Made by a program: the position numbers and the translations under genes. Shown here piece by piece: positions 38,110 to 50,243 of a stretch of 64,000 bases of DNA; within the stretch, counting starts at the first letter, position 1, and each line of letters opens with the position of its first letter. Below the pieces are notes generated by a model that saw only the letters and a list, made by a program, of their open reading frames with translations, was not told the origin of the DNA and did not search any database. The stretch is from the NCBI GenBank assembly GCA_012295275.1, contig CM022667.1, positions 15,810,001 to 15,874,000 on the forward strand. Reading direction: 5' to 3'. The DNA comes from Chrysomallon squamiferum. Its lineage: Eukaryota; Animalia; Mollusca.

Positions 38110-39350
38110 ATTCTTTATGTAATCCACGTTATTACGTTTCAATGTATTATGATAGCTATACATCTCTACCAGATTATCAACGAGCGTGAAGTAGGCTACA
38201 GTACGGAGATGTGTAGAGGAATGTTTACAATATCTCTTTATCTCCAGATTTTTTTTAACTGTTTGTCTGTACTGTATGTACATCTGTCTGCCTGTCTGTC
38301 CATCCATTGTCCTGCATTAATCCAGTAAAGACTCTGTATCAGTTCCTCAGTCTATCTTTCTATCTGTTTCTCTCTGTCTGTCCATTTTTCTATATTTATC
38401 AATTTATATGTATCAGTAATTACATGTGTGTGTTTCTGTCTCTCTGTCAAAGTGTTTCTATATTTTTCTCTCTGTCTGTATATCTATTTGTCTGTCTCTC
38501 TTGTACTTCCAATATTTTCTAATTCTATTTTTGTTGTGTGTTATTGTATCTGTCTGAGTCCGTGTGTTTGTATGGGTGTCTATGACATACAAGTAGTGGG
38601 AAATGTAGGTTCATGCACTGAACAGGTTGTCAAAATACAAATATAATAACTATTTTTATTACAAAATATAATTTTTATAAATGTGTTCATCTCTTTAAAT
38701 AAAACTGGTAGCACTGGAATGAAAAATTTCAACCAAGAATCTTTTTTTTTTTTGTTTATTGATTGCAATGTTTTAGGACGGCACTGCGATTTGAAGACTG
38801 AATTTTCTATCTACCAGTTCTAACGTGATGAAGTGAAAATGATATCACACCACGTTACCCGTCAAGATTTATAAATTTATTTTTCTACCAGAAGCTGTAT
38901 TAACATTTGTATTTTTTTCTCATCATTTTTGACATCAGAGGAGCTACGCAGACCTGGTCTAGACAGATATTCACATTGATGTGTATATTACATCCAAGAG
39001 GGATGACTGTGGTATGTCACAAAGTCCAGTTAAGAACTTTGCTGACAGTTAACCAACTGATGGGTTGCCACTTTACTAAATTATTTCCTACAGCCAATAA
39101 TATTAACAATGGTCTAAGCAATACAGTTTTCAAATTGTTATACAGATAAATATAATTTTACTAAAAACATAAATTATACATATATTTGGTTTTGCGTCTC
39201 GTCTTTTCTTTTTTTAATTCTGTTTTGCTTCTTCTAATTTCTTTTTTTTCTTCTATTTTTTTCTTTTTTGCTTCTTCCACTTTTACTTTTTTCTCTTCAT
39301 TCTTTAATTCTGTTTTGCTTCTTCTAATTTCTTTTTCTTCTATTTTTTTT
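37023..39350 (-). repeat. Large inverted repeat, left arm (~2.3 kb), unit 2
   Basis: Reverse complement of ~42070-44123, e.g. AATCACGTTTTCTCGAGATAGAA (37023) vs TTCTATCTCGAGAAAACGTGATT (44101). The same spurious ORFs appear on opposite strands (38907+ vs 42099-, 37927- vs 42825+). Confidence 0.92.
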
Positions 39351-40526
39351 TTCTTCATCATTCTTTTCTTTCTTTTCTCTTCAGAGTCTTTTTTTGCTCT
39401 GTTTCTTTTTTCTTTTTTTTTCTTTTTCTTTAATTCTGTTTTGCTTTTCTTCTTCTTTTTTTCTTCATTTTTAATTCTTTTTGCTTCTAATTTCTTTTTT
39501 TCTTCTATTTTTTTTCTGTTTTGCTTTCATCATTTTTCTTTTTTTCTTTTTTCAGAGTCTTTTCCCTTTTTCTGTTTCTTGTTCTTTTTTCTTTCACTTC
39601 ATCTTCTTCTTTAAATTCTGTTTTAATTATGCATTACAGAAACAGTCACGCATTTCTTCTATTTTTCCTTCATTCTTTAATTCTGTTTTTGCTTCTTCTA
39701 ATTTCTTTTCTTCTATTTTTCTTCACACACACACACACACACACCACAGTGTTTTTTAATATTTTATACATTACAGACACCACCTTGCCCATAATATTTA
39801 CCTTCACTTACTTAGGTAGATAAATACGTATTTCGTTATACTGAATAAAAGAAAGACTGACAATTTTCACGCATAGACACACACATGCACGCACAGACTG
39901 ATAGATAGATAAATAGCTAGATAGATAGATGTAATTTCTCGACATATTGCCTGAAATGAAAGATGCATCATTTATTTTGCCTGTACAACAACAACAAAAA
40001 AAGACAACAAAAAACAACAACAACAACAAACAAAAGCCGAACTGTAAGGACGCTCGCACCTGAGCGATATCATTAAGAAGGCTTAAAAGTAAATAAATAA
40101 ATAAATAAATAAATAGACGCTTGTAGACAACTGATAGTTGTTGGACCCGACCGTTTACGCCAGTGAAATCGAGTTCGACAGATGACATATTCAACTCTAG
40201 CAATAGAACACACGTAAATATACCGTTAGTAGAACTGGGCCAGACTTTTGTGGGAATTTCACTGTTACCACTTTTTGGTGATGGAAGTTATGTTAAGTTA
40301 GATCGTGAATCGGTGATTAAGCATGCATGTATATATGTTTGTATGTTCTGATGTGTTTCTGTGTGTATATATATGTATGTATATGGTTGTATGCTTATAT
40401 GTATGTATGTATCTATGTATGTATTTATGTATGTATGTATGTATGTATGTATGTATGTATGTATAAATGTGTTAATGCATGGATGAATAATAGATGGACT
40501 TAAATAATGAATAATATTATAAATAA

Positions 40527-40585
<59 letters not shown>

Positions 40586-41749
40586 TTTTCTGGGAGGGCT
40601 AGGTTGTAACATGGATTATAATGGGAAACATTTATTATTATTATTATTATTATTAGTCGCGATGATGACATATTATTTCAGTTGAAATTAGTTGTGTCAT
40701 GATCTGGTGAATGGCGGAATAACGTGAGAGTGACAAATATAGTGACAGAAAGGTGAACGACATTACACCGGTATATTCTGATACATTTGTGTCTGTCTTC
40801 TTGTATGTCCGTACGTGCGTTTTACTTAAGCATATAAGATGACTGTAACAAAGATTTTAACGAGCCAATTGGAAATTTCCATATATGAACTTTCAAACTG
40901 GATTTTTACTGGGAGAATCCAATGGCCTACTTTTATTTTTCAATCAGGGCGTCTCTCACAGTCTTTTCACGTGATCACATAGGTAAATAATAATACCCAA
41001 ACAATCTAAAAAAAAAAAAAAACAACAAAAAAAACATTGTTCATCAAAAAAAAAAAAAAAAAAAAAAGGTGGAATCTGTCTCCTAGTGGCAACAAGAAAT
41101 GAATTTGTGATGAGAGTGTAAAGAATTTAAGAAGAAGAAAAAATCTGTAGTCTCACAGTTGACAATGTCTGTTGTATAGGTGTCAGTTGTTCGTTCGTGT
41201 GTATGTTTGTGTTGTAACTTTATATAGTACTGATGGCAAATAAGAGTTTTTGTTTAACGTTGTGAAATTTGCTGTATCATAATATTATAGACAAAGGAAA
41301 AAAAAATACATAGCTTAGTAATAATGATGACGACGATAACGAATACCTTAATTTTCTTGATGAAATCAGATGTGACTGTTCAGTGATTTGGTGCTTTATT
41401 TATAATTATAGCTGCAAGCAAGATTCATAAAATATATCACATTGTTGTATTGACTAAATATTCATATAATTAAGCAATAACGTACGTTAAATACCACTGT
41501 ATGTTAGTAACCTCAACATTTGGCGAATTTTTATTAGCTTCATATTCTAACAGTACAAGAGACATTGCATTTCTTCTTTAAAGAACATGTTGTTGTACGA
41601 GTGAATGATCTTATTAAATTATTTATTTTTCGAGTTATTATTTTATTGTTGTGCGCGAGCTGTCATGGCTCATAACAAAGTATAACAATAACATAATACT
41701 TTTACAATACATTTCAACGCCGCATTTTATTCCTCATCAATTAGAGTTG

Positions 41750-41905
41750 TGACGTCAGCATGTATCAGTCGGTCTGTCAGCATGGGTCTTGTTTCTTTTT
41801 TCTTTTTTTCTGACATCACGTCAGATAATGACGTCACGAACGCAGCATTATTTTAAGACTACTCATTGGTGGGCATACTTCATTATTAATAAAGACCACA
41901 CGTCA
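41750..41905. promoter_or_regulatory. CRE (TGACGTCA) cluster with CCAAT box (equivalent at ~59007-59162)
   Basis: Full CRE at 41750 and 41829, TGACATCA at 41811, CACGTCA half-sites at 41817 and 41899, ATTGG at 41865. Locally CpG-rich. Confidence 0.45.
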
Positions 41906-42069
41906 AATCAAATAAAGCGGTTCTTGGATGTATTCACAGTATTCGTTTCAATAAAAACAGACTTTAAATAAAAACATTTTTATTTTCCTTTTTATTATTT
42001 TTTTTTTCTCCTTCTTTTAATAAGTGGTTGTATATGAATATGTCTGTAAATGATATTTGAATTTCTATA

Positions 42070-42590
42070 AGAAGAAAAAGAAGGAGAAGAAAAAGAAATT
42101 ATAAGAAGCAAAACATAATTAAAGAACGCAAAGAAATAATAAAAGTGGAAGTAAAAAGGAGAAAAGAAGAAAGGCAAAACCAAATATATGTAAAATTTAT
42201 GTTTTTAATAAAATTATAATTATCTGTATTACAATTTGAAAACTGTATTGCTTTGACCATTGTTAATATTATTGGCTGTAGGAAATAATTTAGTAAGTAG
42301 CAACCCATCAGTTGGTTAACCGTCAGCAAAGTTCTTAACTGGACTTTGTGACATACCACAGTCATCGCTCTTGGATGTAATATACACATCAATGTGAAAA
42401 TCTGTCTAGACCAGATCTGATGTCAAAAATGATGAGAAAAAAATACAAATGTTAATACAGCTTCTGGTAGAAAAATAAATTTATAAATCTTGACGGGTAA
42501 CGTGGTGTGATATCATTTTCACTTCATCACGTTAGAACTGGTAGATAGAAAATTCAGTCTTCAAATCGCAGTGCGGTCCTAAAATATTGC

Positions 42591-42622
<32 letters not shown>

Positions 42623-43046
42623 TATTCTTGGTTCTAATGTTTCATTCCAATGCTACCAGTTATATTTTGTAATAAAAATAGTAATTATATTTGTATTTTG
42701 ACATTTCCTAATACTTGTATGTCATACACAGACACACACACAGACACACGGACTCAAATAAATATACAAAAATGGACAGACAGAGAGAAACAGATAGAAA
42801 CATAGACTGAGGGACTGATCCGGAGTGTTTACTGGATTAATGCAGGACAATGGATGGACAGACAGGCAGACAGATGTACATACAGTACAGACAAACTGTT
42901 ATAAAAATCTGGAGATAAACAGATATTGTAAACATTCCTCTACACATCTCCGTACTGTAGCCTACTTCACGCTCGTTGATAATCTGGTAGAGGTGTATAG
43001 CTATCATAATACATTGAAACGTAATAACGTGGATTACATAAAGAAT

Positions 43047-43137
<91 letters not shown>

Positions 43138-44123
43138 CACACACACTTATACGCACACTCACACACATATAAAACATGCAATGTCTCTCTCCTGTTCAAT
43201 TGCAAACGTAGTTCCGAAAATACACATAAACATACATAGAAAAAAATTCAAACATTTATATATTTATAAGTGAATGTAATTGCTCGCTGTTAATCACTCA
43301 GAAATGCAGACATCTATCAGGAATACAGATATTATTAACATTACTCTTAATAAATTACTTCTATGATGATGTGAAAAAGTATTTTTAAAATCTAGAACAA
43401 CAGTGACATTCTTAAAAATAAAAGATGTGCAATACTTACTTTCATGTATCAATTCAAATTATTGACCGTACAGAAACATGAATTAAAACGATATACAAAT
43501 TTAATTTTTCAAGTGCCCTAATTTCAATTCAGATTTCATATATATTTAAACAACAAAAAATATTTTGCTTAAATTATGATCCTTTCTGAATTCAGTTTAG
43601 ATATTTATTTTTTTAATTAAATTATTTAAAATATCTAAAAGCATAAAAATATATCAGTTTTATTTAACGGTGGACATGGATCTAAATTACAATGCAATAT
43701 ACAGTTAAATCAGACCTATCTGTTAGTTTAAATCACAGCTTACGATAAACTTAGATGTAAATCTACGGCGCGAAGGTAGTTATTTATTTCTGTGAACTGG
43801 AAAGACAGGCTGTGATAAAACTAATTAAAATAATAATAATAATAATACATAATAATACATAATACGGTCACAGCGATTCAAAAAAGGGGAAAAAAATTAA
43901 AATTAAAAAAAGAAAAGAAAAAAAGAATAAATAAATAAGTAGGGACTTTGGATTTTGTTCAAATTAACATTTTAAAACTGACACTTTCTGCAACATCATC
44001 TCTCTCTTCCTCTTTTTTTTCTTCTGGAAACATTCGTGACATAAAACCAAATATGGGTATAAATTGTCATCTGACTTTGCTTGTAATCATTCGATGTACA
44101 TTCTATCTCGAGAAAACGTGATT
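42070..44123 (+). repeat. Large inverted repeat, right arm (~2.05 kb), unit 2
   Basis: Reverse complement of 37023-39350 with several internal deletions. Equivalents at 20035-~21030 (partial) and ~59332-61596. Confidence 0.92.
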
Positions 44124-45153
44124 TTCAGAAGCGCTCAAGCGAAATATTGTTTAGTGCAGATAATCATTATACTAAAACAAAATTCTGGCTAAACTTTACA
44201 GAAATTAGTATCAAAGTGTACAGAAAAAAACATCTGCTGTTAAATTGACTTAGTCTGAAGGTATGATAACAAATTTTTTGTTGTATTTTGTTTTTTGAAA
44301 TTCTAATTTATAACTGATTACTTTTCCTTTATTTTAACAGGCAACAAAATTATTTTTTCAAAACTTTCTGTTTATAATTATAATTGTTTCTTTAATTATC
44401 AAAAATATTTTTAAAATTTTTCTAATCATTTCTTACTCGTATAATACTATGAGTATTATATATTATCTGCTTTATAACTAAAAAACATTTCTACTAAGTT
44501 TTATAGATTTTTAAAATCTTTCTTCTCTTTACGTGTTTTTGCACTATTTATGTATTAGACTCTTAATTACTGTTGTTCATATTTTCAATAGAACGTTCAT
44601 TCATTATTAATTATTAATGATATAATGCTGTTTAGGAAGTGAAAAAAAAAAATTACGAAGCGTTTGCATTCCAAATTAATTTAAAAATTTTGTTTTAAAT
44701 TCTTTTTTAATTTTTCGTAAAAGATTATTTTTCTCATTTTTATTTCAGAAATTTATAAATTTGTCAGCGAGAAGGTTCTTCAGAAACCGTAAGTATGAAA
44801 TAATTATAACAGTTATACAATATAACCAGCGGGCAACAACACACATGTATCAACAACTAAAACTCACTGCTGCAGGGGTTTTAACTGTATGGCAAAACAT
44901 TATTTGTGCGTGGATTATATTAATTCTTACAGATTTTCCTTATTTACTCACTTATTTATTTATTTATTTAATACTTTAATTACTAAATTATTTATTATAA
45001 TTTCAAAAAGAATGCCATGAACAAAAGCCATGAACTTTAATTTTCTACAGTATTTTCTCGTATTTATTTATTACTTTAATTTTCTAGACTATTTTCTCGT
45101 ATTTATTTATTACTTTAATTTTCTACACTATTTTCTCGTATTTATTTTTTAAA

Positions 45154-45189
<36 letters not shown>

Positions 45190-46980
45190 TTGTTTTGTTG
45201 TTGTTGTTTTACCGCTGCGACGAGAGAGGGAGAGATTATTTGTGCCGTGTACTATATTCGTTTTTAAATCTTTTATTTATTTATTTATGTATTTAATTAT
45301 TTTGTAATTTATTTATTTACTTATAATTATAATAAAAATACCATGGATTAAAACTAAAACTGACTGTCGCTGAGTTTTTACTTTCTATGGACAAAAATAT
45401 TTGTGCCATGGATTATATCAATTTTTTTATTTTTTATTTATTTATTTATTTATTCATAATTCGAAACAACATTTTTATTTTTTCATTTATTTCAGCCTTG
45501 GCTTCAATAGGAATGTTATAATTATTTTTAAAACTGATTTACTCTTTCATACTTTTTGAGTAAAATTATATTTATCTGTATAACAATTTGAAAACTGTTT
45601 TGCTTAGACCATTGTTAATATCACTGGCTGTAGAAAATAATTTAGTAAGAAGCAAGCTTTAGTTGGTTGATTGTCAGCAAAATTTTGTCTCACACTCTTT
45701 CTCTCTCTGTCGTTGTCACGCACACATATATAAATCATACAATGTCTCTCTCGTTCAGTAGTAGACATATATTCTAAAACTACGCATAAGCTTACACAGA
45801 AAAAAATTCGTACATTTGTACATTTATAAATGAATGTAATTGCTCGCTATTAGTGACACAGAAATGCAAATATCAGTATTATTAACATTACTCCGAACTT
45901 CACTCTATTATGATGTGCAAAAGTATTTTTACAAACTTTAGTAACAGTGACATTTTTAAAAATAAAAACGTACAGTACTTACCTTCATATATCAGTTCAA
46001 ATTACTGACCGTACAGAAATATAAATTAAAACAGAAAATATTTATCTTTATAATTAAATCCTTAAATTACGATCAGATAAAGAATTAAAACCATAAACAT
46101 ATCAGTTTTATTTAACAGTTCATATGGATCTAAATTACAATGTAATATACAGTTAAATCAGAACTATCTGTCAGTTCAAATCACAGCTTACGATAAATTT
46201 AGATGTAAATCTACGATCAGTAAAACTATTTATCGCTGGTGTGACTCTCTTCCTGACTGCATATCTGACTATCTGACTATACGTAAACACGTAGAAATAT
46301 GCGCGCAACATACGCAGCTAGATGCACACATACCTGCTCTGCTGAACACGCTAACTCACACGCACAAATTATGTTAGCTTGTTTTTTTATGACTGTTTCT
46401 GCTTGATGATTAAAAGCAAACAATGAACAACTATATTTAGCTGATGTTTACATTCTTAAGACGAAGCTATTTTTACAATTAATCCTATTTACGTACTGTT
46501 GAAAAGTGAACCAAATTATATTTAGAAACGTTAATCCTTTAATCACATAATTATACAGCCATGCTACATTATCTTCAAAATGCACAAAATGTGTAGAACT
46601 GACAGAAGAACAAATTATTTAAATATTTAACACTTGTCTAATTTGGGCATGGATTCGAATTTCGGTTTATTTTTTAGTCGAATAGACTTATAATGAATTG
46701 TTAGATTTGACAACCGGGTCTTTCAAAGACACATTCTGAATATATATATAGATATAGATAGATAGGTAAATAGATAGATAGATAGACAGATACATAGATA
46801 TACTGCTGTTAATAATTAATGTGCCGACCTGTTGTTAAACAACTATTATTTAATTTCTGTTAGTTCCGAATTTCAGATTAACAAAAGCGTATTGGTAGTG
46901 CGTCTGTAGTTGTAGAGTACAAAAATCTAATGTAACTCTTTCCTTTTCTCTCTTTTTCGCTTACCATCTGTGTCAGCACA

Positions 46981-47007
46981 ATGAAGGGCGAAATCGAGAA
47001 ATTACTG
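46981..47007 (+). CDS. Candidate upstream coding micro-exon of SLC26 copy 3 (MKGEIEKLL)
   Basis: CTAAT branch site (46927), polypyrimidine tract, CAG acceptor (46976), ACA-ATG, 9 codons, then CTG|GTAAGT. Phase 0, matching the acceptor at 50222, which gives MKGEIEKLL-DQDSSAN-MDIPM... Confidence 0.5.
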
Positions 47008-47461
47008 GTAAGTTTCGATTTATTTTTCTTTTAATTTAACCTGTTTGGTAATCAAGTTTTCTTTAAGACAATAAAGCATATGGTGTTTAATAAACAGATT
47101 TGTATATCAATATATCACGAGTAGTTGAAACAATAATTTTGAATCCGTAAAAATCTGTTGCATGGTTGCCTCACGTCCCTCAGAGAAACTGACATCTGGT
47201 GACCTCGGCTAAGCACGGTTAATAACCACCGGCACGCTAACCGATATTTATTCCACTACTTTGGACTGAAAATTTAAAGCGATCTGTTCGTTTTCTGTTC
47301 GTAACGTCCAGCTGTGTACAGTTTTTAAGCGAACTGACCTTTATATGTTTTAAGTAAATATGACCTAATTACAGTTCCTTTCCTTGCCTTCTTAGCTCCA
47401 TCGAGGACACAAGACGGTCATATTTATAATGTTAAAATCAAACACACACCGGCAGGCACAC

Positions 47462-47539
<78 letters not shown>

Positions 47540-48622
47540 AACAATAAATAAAACAAAGAAGAAGGTTGTTAATGTAAACAAATCCATTGTAAACAACGGT
47601 CTATACATATTCATGTATGTATATAATTATAAAATTTGTGTAATGTGTGTTTGTATTATGCATATATTTTTAGCCTACAGTTTATGATAAAAAAAAAAAA
47701 AAGTCATTGTCATTGCCTACTTCGTTTCGGGTGTAAATTCCAGAAAGAAAAAAAAACAAAACAATACAAAACAAACAAAGACAAATTATATAGTAATTGG
47801 TTTTGTCAACATCAACACACAATTATGCAAGTACGATCACTCCTTAATCAGTTGCGGCAATTTGCACGTAATTAGGCTGCCCCTTGAGTCGAAATGGTCG
47901 CGTTTCTTTGTAATTATTATATGCAGCTAAATGAATATGTTTATTATTAGTGTGTGCTGATGTCAAAATGAATTCACTCATTTAGATTTAGCGTCAAAAG
48001 CAGAAGCGACAATAATACACGTAGCTCACATTATGCATTGTTTTAGACGCAATGTCAAAGTGACAGAAAAAAACCCGGAAACTTATCGAATTTTCTAAAG
48101 CAAAATTTACGGAAAAGTATTCATCAAATCCACTGTATAAATAGATAGATTTAGGACAAATGAACTATCGTACCACTGACATTATTAAAATAATAAAAGC
48201 AATTAAATCATTTCCTGCTATTACCGAAAGCAGACTTTTTGCAGCCTATGCTAAACATGGAAGCTCTAACATAGAAGATAGCCTTTAAGAGAAATATGAA
48301 AAAGTAAAAAAAAAAAAATAATAATAATAATAAAAATGGTAGAAGTAGTAGTACTGGCGGTAGTAGTAACAGTAGCAGTTATATTAGTGGTAGTGACTAT
48401 AACTGTGTTATTGTATTTAAATATATAAATGCAGCATACGACAACGACTAAAAATAATAAACCTAATTTGTTCAGTAACAGAGTAAAAAGATATCTGTTA
48501 TTAGCGAATTTTAATAAAGACACACACATACAAACACCCGCATTTTCACTTCTACATTTTAGACACTTACTGTCATCATATAGTTCTTTCTACTCGTTTC
48601 ACCTGATTCCGTCAGAACAGTA

Positions 48623-48671
<49 letters not shown>

Positions 48672-48996
48672 ACCTACCCTGGACAAGAAGAAATTAGGGT
48701 TTGTTACAAACAGATGGGAGAAAGAACTATTGATAATATAAAGTTTAGCCATCTTGGACCAGATTAAATGAGGATGTGAAATTCTTTATTTACCGTTATT
48801 GTACGATCGTAATTCAGTTGAGTTTGTCAGTGAAAAAAAATTTGCTGTTAAGTTGGCGCATAGTGTACTTACTACGTATCTTTGAAAGCATAAATAAAAA
48901 TGTCTTGTATCTAAAAAACTTTTTGAAAACTTTTTTTTTTCTTTTAAATTTATAGTGAATTTTGCAGTAATTTATTTTGTGACCATAGTTGCTGCT

Positions 48997-49050
48997 TATA
49001 TAAAGTGCGGTTTCAACTTAGCATCTTTAACGAAAATTCAGAAAGTAAAT
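48997..49050 (+). promoter_or_regulatory. Candidate TATA box/short 5' exon/donor for SLC26 copy 3
   Basis: TATATAAA 48997-49004; GTAAAT at 49045. Confidence 0.4.
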
Positions 49051-49329
49051 GATTTCAGTTTATTTATTTTATTTTAATTTATTTTATTTTTAAATTGATT
49101 GATTGATTAAACTATTTATTTTTTATTTTTGGCTTAGTTAATTATGTACTTTAGAGGTCAACCACTTTTTGACAATATTACTCTCGCAGTGTACAATAAA
49201 CAGACAAATATATTTTTATTTATTTAGTTTATAACCAGTTAATTTTTCACAAACAAGTCTTAAATAAAAAAGATAATGACAAAAATAATAATAAAAACAA
49301 GAACAATAATAATGTTGAATATGATTATG

Positions 49330-49376
<47 letters not shown>

Positions 49377-50243
49377 GAATTACATAAAATAAAATAAAAT
49401 TATCTGCAGAATGATTTATTCTTCATAAACACGGTTTTAAGTTATCTTGAGAGCAATGTATGTTTCTCTACAGTAAACTAAGTCTACTTGTAAACTTGTC
49501 AGTGATTTGTTACACAAGACAATTTAGTCTGTACTTTTACGAAGCATCAGACAGCTTTAAAGTGTTGTAAATATAACAATAATTTAAAAAAAAGTGATTT
49601 ATACGCCAGCAGGTGATAGGTGTATAGCTATTTGATAAAGGTCTTTCTCCAAGGAAGTCTCTCCAGTATTACCAAGTTGTTATATTTTATATGTACGTAT
49701 TAAATTGACTAACGAACATGATGTTTGTTTTTTCTAAAAAGAACTCTCTGTCTTTCACTCTGACCTCACAGGCACATCTACACCATCACGCGACTAACTT
49801 TATTCTCACAGAACTTTTCTCCACTCGTACCGCCACCCACATACATATTCATTTTCTTGTCTCATCTTTTCCTCAAGACAATGATTTGTTGAAAATTAAT
49901 AGTTTCTTTTTGCTCCTCTTACTTTTTTCCTGCACATATTTTTCTCACTCAGTTTATTTATTTTTCCACTGCCTGTGTCTCAGTGAACATTCTAGCACTT
50001 TGTATTCTATTCTATAAAACACTGACAAAATTACTATTTAACATGAAGAAAATGAGTTGTATTTTAATGAAATGAAATGTGTATTTATATATATATTCAT
50101 ATATACTTCAAAACTATTCTAATACATTTCATTTCCTGTCTGATCATAATAAAGCAATGTAACCTTCTTATAAGAAAGCTAAATAATTTTATTTAATTTA
50201 GAACAAATTCGTCTATTTGCAGGATCAGGACTCTTCAGCAAAC

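Larger units (their letters stand above)
23983..47039 (+). repeat. Segmental tandem duplication unit 2 (gap-free, ~23.1 kb; contains SLC26 copy 2)
   Basis: The ATG-to-ATG distance from copy 2 to copy 3 is 23105 bp with no N gap. Colinear near-identity to flanking units. Confidence 0.92.

Noticed and set aside
39350-42070. Transposase gene within the inverted-repeat loop (autonomous large-TIR element)
   Set aside because: No ORF or recognisable transposase remnant; no target-site duplication at the outer ends.
46299-46330. TGCRCNC metal-response-element matches (TGCGCGC, TGCACAC)
   Set aside because: Short motif that arises readily in CA/CG-rich sequence; one match is altered on one strand in unit 3; insufficient support.
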